A stretch of DNA of 42,794 bases from Candidatus Nealsonbacteria bacterium (GTDB lineage Bacteria > Patescibacteriota > Minisyncoccia > Minisyncoccales > MHMH01): the NCBI GenBank assembly GCA_016181985.1, contig JACOYG010000001.1:1-42794 (forward strand). Reading direction: 5' to 3'. The notes below the pieces were generated by a model. That model saw only the letters and a program-made list of their open reading frames with translations. It did no database searches and was not told where the DNA came from. Positions 17,402-24,142 of this stretch are shown one piece after another (the stretch's first letter is position 1; every line of letters begins with the position of its first letter). The position numbers were made by a program, and so were the translations under genes.

Positions 17402-18819
17402 TAATATTGAAGATTAATCATTTTAACCGATCTAAAAAATGTTTCTCCGAAAGCTGACATGTCCCTAACCTCTTTAGAAACAACCACGGGCGGGTTGTCG
17501 GAATTCGCTCGGTAATTATCCAAAGAGTATAAAATCAATTGACAACTCCCTTCGGATTGTACCGACTTGACAGTTTCATTCAGGATTGGCACTCCGTTTT
17601 CCGGACCCTTAAGCGTCATAATTGGATTGGTATATTTAATGTCTCTATAAAGAGTCGATTCTTTACAATCGCCGCCTTGCTCTTCCTTCGGAAGGCTAAA
17701 CCCGATTTTCCATTCTTCTTGGTTGCCGGGCAGTTCCGGCATTTTTAATTTAGTTAATTGCGGATTAATAGTGTTGAGAATAAGGACTGAACCCAAAAGT
17801 AAAACCAAGCCCAAACCGGCGGACCTAATTCTGTCCATGGCTTCCTTCATCTTCCCGGCGTTACCGGCCGAAGTAAGATATTGGACTCCGGCTATAACTA
17901 AAGCAATAAAAGCAGCAAATCCGCCCAAAGAAATTCCCCAGTCATATATATATTTAATTAATCCGGGGATGTCGGTTTTTTCATTTAGTTTTGATCTGAG
18001 GGGTGAGTCAGGCCATGCAATTTCTAGCTTTCCGGTAGTTGATCCTGCGCCCGTGCCAGTCCCAGCCCCAGAAGTTCCCGGAGGCGGAGGACCAGCTATT
18101 TCGAAGGAATATGATTTATCACCAAATTTGCCCTTACTGTCTGTCGCCGTTATTGTGACTTGGTAGGTACCACCGAATGCGGGCGCTCCTTCTAATATTC
18201 CCTCGGAATTAAATTTTTCACCGGATTTTCCAAAAGATAGCCCGGGAGGGAGAGTGCCCTGGCCGCCCCACTTATAAGGAGGAGCGCCGTCAGTGGCCTG
18301 AAATTTTATTGTAAGATATTGATTTGCGGTTCCAGTGATGGGAGATGCTGGAGAAATAATATTTGGCGGCTTAGCCGATGCCGTGCCAGGAGCCGGCGCA
18401 GTGGCGGGAGCGATATTAATTGAGAAAGGTATTGTTCCAAAATTTCCTTGCGAATCTTCCAAAAATAACCTGAAAGCAAAACTCCCATCAAGATCGGGCG
18501 TTCCTTCGAGCAAGCCCGACAATTTGTTTACAGATAATCCACGAGGTAATGTTGTTTGATAACCCGATGGAATAGAGCCGGTGGGAGCTTGGACAACCGC
18601 GTTTTTATAAGGCAATAAAACGGAAGGGAAATATTTTTGTAAATTTTCTGAATAAGGGATGAATATTTTACCGTCATGCAGGGCGGTATAGCCAGACACA
18701 GGGCTCACTTGGCTAAAAACATTATTAATGCCGAAAAAAGCCGTGCCGATAATTATAAAAAATAAAATATAAAAAGATTTTTTCATACCCCTGCTTATAT
18801 TATTGCCGCTTCGCGGCAT
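17401..18819 (-). CDS. Secreted Ig-like repeat protein fused to a VirB2/TrbC-like pilin hairpin plus a C-terminal extra domain
   Basis: Start moved to the ATG at 18819 (AGGAG 6 nt upstream; extended -10 TGGTATAAT at 18839-18847; an upstream terminator lies inside the longer ORF). Putative-Ig motifs LPRGLSV..LEGTP and LPPGLSFG..GILEGAP. Pilin-like hairpin ISLGGFAAFIALVIAGVQYLTSAGNAGKMKEAMDRIRSAGLGLVLLLGSVLIL. Confidence 0.7.
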   Translation of the reverse strand: MPRSGNNISRGMKKSFYILFFIIIGTAFFGINNVFSQVSPVSGYTALHDGKIFIPYSENLQKYFPSVLLPYKNAVVQAPTGSIPSGYQTTLPRGLSVNKLSGLLEGTPDLDGSFAFRLFLEDSQGNFGTIPFSINIAPATAPAPGTASAKPPNIISPASPITGTANQYLTIKFQATDGAPPYKWGGQGTLPPGLSFGKSGEKFNSEGILEGAPAFGGTYQVTITATDSKGKFGDKSYSFEIAGPPPPGTSGAGTGTGAGSTTGKLEIAWPDSPLRSKLNEKTDIPGLIKYIYDWGISLGGFAAFIALVIAGVQYLTSAGNAGKMKEAMDRIRSAGLGLVLLLGSVLILNTINPQLTKLKMPELPGNQEEWKIGFSLPKEEQGGDCKESTLYRDIKYTNPIMTLKGPENGVPILNETVKSVQSEGSCQLILYSLDNYRANSDNPPVVVSKEVRDMSAFGETFFRSVKMINLQY

Positions 18820-18873
18820 AATTTTCTCCTTATTTATAATTATACCACTTTTATTGTTGTAAATGAACTGTGG

Positions 18874-18910
18874 AAAACAAAAGAGACCTAATTTAGTTAG
18901 GTCTCTTTTC
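18874..18910 (-). terminator. Rho-independent terminator after the 18919-19545 gene
   Basis: Minus-strand AAGAGACCTA / TAGGTCTCTT 10 bp stem followed by TTTGTTTT. Confidence 0.75.
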
Positions 18911-18918
18911 TTAATCAT

Positions 18919-19545
18919 TTAGCTTACCTTCCTGGCGTGATACAGCACGATGCCGGTTTGCTTTTTGCCGTATACGTCAGGCAGGACGATCGATCCTGCA
19001 TATTCCCCGCGCATTATAATCATATCGCCTTTTTGCAGTCTGCCGCCGGTGAACGGTAGTATGTCGGAGCTAGATCTTTCGATCTTTGCCATCAGTACTG
19101 TGCCGTTAACCTTTGGCCCGAAGAAAAAATAGAAGTAGAGGGGGTCTCCGTTGAACAAATCCCCTTCGTAGATTGCGGAAACATTAACAACGTCTCCGTT
19201 TTTGTATTTGCCGGCCTGAGCGTTAGCAATGAATTCCTCTGCGGTCATAATGCCATTTGGTGCCACAGTCGGCATGGGAGTCGGTGTCAGCGGCGTTTTA
19301 GTTGGGTTCGGCGTCGGGGCGTTTGCTGGCATGGCCGTCGGCGCAGTCGTTGGTGTGGCTGGCGTTGGCTTCACCGTCGGCGTCGTCGTAGGCGCAGCGG
19401 TCGGTACCACGGTCGGCGCTGGCGTCGCAGTCGGCGTTGGCTCGGGTTTCCCCTCGAAAAAGCCAGCGCTTAAAGCGGTGTAGGCGAATACTGACGCCGC
19501 GATTATGACGGCGACAATGATCCATATCAACTTTTTCTTGTTCAC
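18919..19545 (-). CDS. Membrane-anchored protein with Pro/Thr-rich linker and OB-fold-like (tRNA_anti-like) C-terminal domain; GC-rich
   Basis: GTG start with GGAGG 6 nt upstream. N-terminal TM, an ~65 aa PT-rich linker, then MTAEEFIANAQAGKYKNGDVVNVSAIYEG... resembling OB-fold tRNA_anti-like proteins. Base composition is clearly GC-richer than its neighbours. Confidence 0.6.
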   Translation of the reverse strand: MNKKKLIWIIVAVIIAASVFAYTALSAGFFEGKPEPTPTATPAPTVVPTAAPTTTPTVKPTPATPTTAPTAMPANAPTPNPTKTPLTPTPMPTVAPNGIMTAEEFIANAQAGKYKNGDVVNVSAIYEGDLFNGDPLYFYFFFGPKVNGTVLMAKIERSSSDILPFTGGRLQKGDMIIMRGEYAGSIVLPDVYGKKQTGIVLYHARKVS

Positions 19546-19577
19546 AAAGAACCTCCTCTCGGTTTAATTCTACATAT

Positions 19578-19606
19578 ATTATATCTCTTTATGTGCCCCC
19601 TGTCAA
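19578..19606 (-). promoter_or_regulatory. Consensus sigma70-type promoter for the 18919-19545 gene
   Basis: Minus strand reads TTGACA - 17 nt - TATAAT (plus-strand TGTCAA 19601-19606, ATTATA 19578-19583). Confidence 0.7.
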
Positions 19607-19622
19607 TAGCGAGAAAACCTAT

Positions 19623-20141
19623 TTAATCTTTCTTGATTACGGTATCTCCCCAGAAATCTTTTGTGATGGTTCCTTTCTTTTCCCCGTCTTTATCAGCTAT
19701 GACTCTGTCTCCCCAAAAATCATTTTTTATTTCTCCTTCTTTTTCCCCATCAGCACCCTTGATAATCTGTTTATTAAAACCACAAGAGTCATGGGTACCT
19801 TGCTCTATCCTGCCCACTTCTTTCCCGTCCTTATTTTTAATTATCTGGTCACCCGAGGATGCTTCTTTCTTGAGTCTTCCAACTTCTTCGCCGGAACTAT
19901 TCCTAAGTATTTTATCGTCGGATAAATCATCCTTGTCTAATTTTTCTGCGCTAAAAATAGGGTTTGCCTTGGACCCGGAGTCGCTGCAGGCGCTACCCAA
20001 CAGGCCCACAAGACCAGCTATTATTACTATTACGATAAATGCAATATAGGCAAGTATCACTATCGCGGCGATAATAGCAGCTACGATAATAACGACAAGA
20101 ATAACATCTAAAATCGTCATCCATATTGATCCTTTTTTCAA
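19623..20141 (-). CDS. Membrane-anchored protein with short DG-x3-G-x-I repeats
   Basis: TTG start with GGAGG 6 nt upstream. Long hydrophobic N-terminus, then repeats KDGKEVGRIE / ADGEKEGEIKNDFWGDRVI / KDGEKKGTITKDFWGDTVI. Confidence 0.55.
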   Translation of the reverse strand: MKKGSIWMTILDVILVVIIVAAIIAAIVILAYIAFIVIVIIAGLVGLLGSACSDSGSKANPIFSAEKLDKDDLSDDKILRNSSGEEVGRLKKEASSGDQIIKNKDGKEVGRIEQGTHDSCGFNKQIIKGADGEKEGEIKNDFWGDRVIADKDGEKKGTITKDFWGDTVIKKD

Positions 20142-20152
20142 TTTGCACCTCC

Positions 20153-20675
20153 CTATTCTTTAACTGTGACGCTATTTACGATTTTGTCAATATCCCCTGC
20201 CAGTCCTTGCCAGTATTTTTCTGGCGCAAAAAGAGATATTAAATAACCATCCCTACCGTCGAGTAGTATTTTTTCTTTAGAGAGAACAAAAGAACCGGCG
20301 GGATTTTTATATTTTAAATCAAGAATCCCTTCGTTTATTTCGATCTTTGACTCCAAGATCTCTACCGTCCAGCCGTTATTTTTGTTTACCTCCTCCATTT
20401 TTTTTAAAATCTCTACAATGGGAATTTCCAAGGAGTTCTTCCTGGTTTGTGGTCACCCAATCGCCAGGATATTCTATTTGGAATTTTCCATCGGGGCTTA
20501 TAAATTTTTTGGGCTCGCTTGTTTTCATCGTCGGAAATGTTTCTCGGAATTCTTTTGGCAAGACGTCTTGGAGCGACTTGGAAGCGGGTAAATTAGGCGC
20601 TCGCCAAATCGTCACCGCCATCAGCGCTGAAATTAGGAATAAAAAACCAAGGGATATAAGGATTGTTTTTTTCAT
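20153..20675 (-). pseudogene. Frameshifted gene for a membrane-anchored PsbP/DUF1795-like protein
   Basis: Track ORFs 20376-20693 and 20153-20431 overlap in different frames and read as one protein: ...FQIEYPGDWVTTNQEELL | EIPIVEILKKMEEVNKNNGW.... The second ORF only starts at an internal TTG, and the total length of 523 nt is not a multiple of 3. Likely true start is ATG 20675 (MKKTILISLG). Confidence 0.6.
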
Positions 20676-20677
20676 GT

Positions 20678-23122
20678 TTATATCGAGTACCAATTACCGA
20701 AAATTCCAACTTGATAACCGATTAATTTCAGGAATATGTTCACGAGCGTCCAAGCAATGGCAATAATAGCCATGCCAATTCCGGCTGATTTCCAAAGAGA
20801 TATTACTCCGGCCAAGGTGGCCGCCTTTCCTAAAGAAAAATAAAACATAAGGCCGGAGTATATTGTGAGCAACACTAAAATGACTGGCACCATCCTCAGC
20901 AAGAGAAAGTCAAAAATAATTTTAACCATTAAAAATACGTGTTTTACCTGGCAAGGCTCTCTTTCGTTCCAAGGCGTCTTGGGGTTATCCGTGTTTTTCC
21001 CGCAAGGTATCAGCCCCCCTTTGCTGGCCCCCGTCGGTTCGGTCAAATTAAAATTCCAAGAGCCAGACCAATTACTGGCCTCAACGCAGTTTTCGTCTAA
21101 ACAAGAACGCACCTGCCATTGATAATTTCCCAAGCAGTCTAACTTGATAAAAGCCGAATTTGTGTGAATAATTTGTGGCGATACTATTTCCTGCCCCGCC
21201 AATAATTTGCAGGATTCATTTACTTCGTCAGAAGACAGGGTTAGATATCGTATTTTATATTGGTATGTTTTAACTCCGGAGTTTTCGTTCCAAGAAACAT
21301 AATTTTGATCGGTTTGGAGTTGGCCGCCGTTTTCCGGCGATGGATCGGATGGTATGGGCAAGCGGAAGGTTGTAAATGTTTGAGCGGGACCATACTGGCC
21401 GCAGGCCCAGCCATCATGGGCGCAGGTTTTAACTTGCCAGTTATAATCTGCTTCTTGGCGCACATTGTATTCCGGATAAGCAATAGAAAACTCCGGCTTA
21501 TCGACGGTTTTTTCCAAATTCAAACCATCTCCGGAAATTTTTAAAATATATGACTTAGCCCCCGAGACTTCCTGCCATTTAAGATTTATTGGAATGGGAA
21601 CGCTGCTTGATCCCGGTGCGGGATTTTCTAAAATCGGCGGCTGGCCGGTAGTTTTGAAAGACCATTCTTGGCTAAAATTTTCGCATTTTGAGCCCACAAA
21701 ATCAGAGCAAGCCCTTACCTTCCATTTATAAATAGTATTTAATTTAAGAATATCTACGTCTAAAATATCTGATTGCGTCCCCTGGACTATAGTGGGAGCC
21801 CAATTATTTATCTGGTATACGAAAGAATTCATTCCTGGCGGCGAAGACCAACTTAGAGCAAAGGGGAATCCAATCGGGTTTTTTCCTTCCGGGTCATTTT
21901 GCGGAGAAACAAGAGAAATATCTTTGAAACTTTTTTGCTCGCTGGTAAAACTCCAGCGCTGGCTATAATCCTTGCACTCTCCCCCCGAGAGTCCGCCATC
22001 TTCATCGAGACAAATTTTTACTTCCCAGTCGTAGATCGTGTCTTTAGTGAAAAAATTAAGACCACTATCGGTAAAATCGGAATAAAGCAATTTTTCTATC
22101 TGATTGGGATCCCTGCGTTCTTTTCTTATTACCCAAGAATCGCACTGTTCTCCTTGCGATGCGTTGAATAAAACAGGCGAGCAGATTCTTTTTCCCCCTT
22201 CCTCTAAAAATACCCTGAACCGGTAAGATTTAGCTTCCTTAATGTCGCACCAGTCAATTTTTAAAGGTGAGTCGGGAGTTATTACCGCCGCGCCGCCTTT
22301 GGGGCCGGCCCAGTCGGGATCTTCCGGGGAAACGAGTTCCGGCGCCATGCCTGTCTTAAAGCTCCAAGCGCTGGCGGGGCCGCAGTTTTTTCCGTCAACC
22401 GAACAGCAGGCCTGGGCCTGCCAGGAATAATCAGTATTGGATTTTAAAAAACAAGCGCCTTTTTCTTCCCTCAAACCGCTATACTCGGATTTGGTCAGAA
22501 TTTCAGGAACAGCGCCGCCTTCGGTATTAAGCTGAAACAAGTATGACTTTGGACCATCGGGCGCTTTTAGCCAACCGACAACATCATTCCAATCAAACTT
22601 TACCGGCAGGAGGACGCTGGCGCTTCCCATGTCTTTATCTGCTTGGTCGGAATAATCGGGACTGTCGTAATAACGGGGATCTTTCGGCGCCTCCAAGCAT
22701 TGGCCGGCAGAGCACGAGCATGAAGGCAAGGTATCGTTATAATTCTTGGGGCCATAAGCCGATTTTCTGCTGATTCCTCCGGGTCCACAGGCTTGCCATG
22801 GCTGGCAAGACGAGCTTTTACTCCAATCTCCCTCTCGTATATTGTATTTGCAAGAATAAGAAGGACAATCTACTCCCGACGCGGACTCTAAGGTATACCA
22901 TTCAAATACGCGCCTTGTTTTAATATCGGCGCCCGTATCATTTGAGATCCCGCAAATACTAGAGCAAGTATATTCGTCCCAAACATTTGAATCCGGGCAA
23001 GTTGGCGGCGGAGGACAGACAACGCCTCCCCCACCTCCTTCTTCGGCATTGATTTTTCCGGGTAAAATAAAACCGGCTAAGCTTATTAAAAAAAATAACA
23101 AAAGAATATATGGCTTTTTCAT
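20678..23122 (-). CDS. Large secreted Cys-rich repeat protein (five Fn3/Ig-like modules) ending in a VirB2/TrbC-like pilin hairpin
   Basis: 814 aa. Signal peptide and a Cys-rich N-terminal region. Five modules each start l-W-x-v-x-gaKsY and end Y-x-W-x-V-x-x-C...C...W-x-F-x-T. The C-terminus LIPCG...PC-QVKHVFLMV...two TM helices parallels the free pilin at 31253-31681. Confidence 0.75.
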   Translation of the reverse strand: MKKPYILLLFFLISLAGFILPGKINAEEGGGGGVVCPPPPTCPDSNVWDEYTCSSICGISNDTGADIKTRRVFEWYTLESASGVDCPSYSCKYNIREGDWSKSSSCQPWQACGPGGISRKSAYGPKNYNDTLPSCSCSAGQCLEAPKDPRYYDSPDYSDQADKDMGSASVLLPVKFDWNDVVGWLKAPDGPKSYLFQLNTEGGAVPEILTKSEYSGLREEKGACFLKSNTDYSWQAQACCSVDGKNCGPASAWSFKTGMAPELVSPEDPDWAGPKGGAAVITPDSPLKIDWCDIKEAKSYRFRVFLEEGGKRICSPVLFNASQGEQCDSWVIRKERRDPNQIEKLLYSDFTDSGLNFFTKDTIYDWEVKICLDEDGGLSGGECKDYSQRWSFTSEQKSFKDISLVSPQNDPEGKNPIGFPFALSWSSPPGMNSFVYQINNWAPTIVQGTQSDILDVDILKLNTIYKWKVRACSDFVGSKCENFSQEWSFKTTGQPPILENPAPGSSSVPIPINLKWQEVSGAKSYILKISGDGLNLEKTVDKPEFSIAYPEYNVRQEADYNWQVKTCAHDGWACGQYGPAQTFTTFRLPIPSDPSPENGGQLQTDQNYVSWNENSGVKTYQYKIRYLTLSSDEVNESCKLLAGQEIVSPQIIHTNSAFIKLDCLGNYQWQVRSCLDENCVEASNWSGSWNFNLTEPTGASKGGLIPCGKNTDNPKTPWNEREPCQVKHVFLMVKIIFDFLLLRMVPVILVLLTIYSGLMFYFSLGKAATLAGVISLWKSAGIGMAIIAIAWTLVNIFLKLIGYQVGIFGNWYSI

Positions 23123-24084
23123 TATTTTATTCTAAAACTTTTTGTCAGATTGCGCCAATCGTCAATACTTAAAGTTTCGGCTCTTTGAGTCGGCTGGATA
23201 TTATTTTCCATAAGCCACTCCCCTATTTTTTCTTTCCCTGCGTCCAATCCTCGCGATAAATTATTTATTAATTGTTTTCTCGGCTGGGAAAATCCCGCCT
23301 TCACGATTTTAAAAAATTTACGGACGTCGGGCCTCTGTAAGTCTTGTGGTTTTGAGATGATTTTTAAGATGGCTGCATCTACCTCGGGTGACGGCCAGAA
23401 AGAGTTTCTAGAGATATAAGAGATAATTTTCGGCTCCGCATAGAATTGGACGGAAACAGCCAAGAGATTTAAGTCTGGCGGTTTGGCGCAAATTCTTTGC
23501 GCTACTTCTTTTTGCACCACCAGCGTCATATCCGTAGGTTTTGCCTCAACGTTCTCAAGGAGCTGACGAATCAGGTGGGCGGTGAGGTAAAAGGGAAGGT
23601 TGCCGACGACTTTAAAAGCACTAAATTCTAAATTCGAAATTCTAAACAAATCCAAAATCCCAAATTTCAAATCCAAACCACGTTTCGAATTTTGGAAATT
23701 GGAATTTAGATATTGTTTCGGATTTAGTGCTTCGGATTTCGAATTTCCCGGGACTAACTTCAAGATATCTCCGTAGATAATCTCCACATTTTTAAAGTCC
23801 TTCAGAGTTTCTTTCAGGATTTCCACCATATTCCGGTCTTTTTCTACGGCAATGACTTTTTTGGTTCTTTTTGCCAGCTCTTGGGTTAAAACGCCCAGCC
23901 CCGGCCCTATTTCTAGCACTACATCATCCGGCTGGAGGTCAGCTGCTTCAACAATCTTCCGAATAGCTGCCTTATCTGTTAAAAAGTTCTGGCCGAGCCC
24001 TCGCGACGGCTTGGCCTGGCGCGACTCTAACAGATTTTTGATATTTTTTACTGAAGTAAGCTCCATATTAGGATATTGTAGCAC
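23122..24084 (-). CDS. rsmA: 16S rRNA (adenine1518/1519-N6)-dimethyltransferase RsmA/KsgA carrying a ~45 aa insertion
   Basis: SAM motif VLEIGPGLGVLT and VVGNLPFYLT motif. 320 aa is long for the family. The stop overlaps the start of the downstream adhesin-pilin gene (TAATG). Confidence 0.9.
   Translation of the reverse strand: MLQYPNMELTSVKNIKNLLESRQAKPSRGLGQNFLTDKAAIRKIVEAADLQPDDVVLEIGPGLGVLTQELAKRTKKVIAVEKDRNMVEILKETLKDFKNVEIIYGDILKLVPGNSKSEALNPKQYLNSNFQNSKRGLDLKFGILDLFRISNLEFSAFKVVGNLPFYLTAHLIRQLLENVEAKPTDMTLVVQKEVAQRICAKPPDLNLLAVSVQFYAEPKIISYISRNSFWPSPEVDAAILKIISKPQDLQRPDVRKFFKIVKAGFSQPRKQLINNLSRGLDAGKEKIGEWLMENNIQPTQRAETLSIDDWRNLTKSFRIK
23614..23748. repeat. AT-rich palindromic repeat element inserted in frame inside rsmA
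   Basis: Terminal arms AAGCACTAAAT (23616-23626) / ATTTAGTGCTT (23722-23732). The reverse complement begins GAAATCCGAAGCACTAAATCCGAAACAA, matching the elements at 41028 and 42398. Translated as NSKSEALNPKQYLNSNFQNSKRGLDLKFGILDLFRISNLEFSAF. Confidence 0.8.
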
Positions 24085-24142
24085 AGAAAGGCATGTCTAA
24101 CTTCTTGGGGATAAGTGCCTTGACTGGCTTCCTGGGTCTGAT

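Noticed and set aside
19229-19483. 84 aa plus-strand Gly/Val/Ala-rich ORF (and 19298-19525 on the minus strand)
   Set aside because: These are antisense or alternative-frame shadows of the GC-rich Pro/Thr linker of gene 18919-19545.
23122-24084. Treating the long RsmA as a fusion with a second domain
   Set aside because: The extra length is fully explained by the ~135 bp repeat insertion. Flanking motifs are contiguous RsmA motifs.
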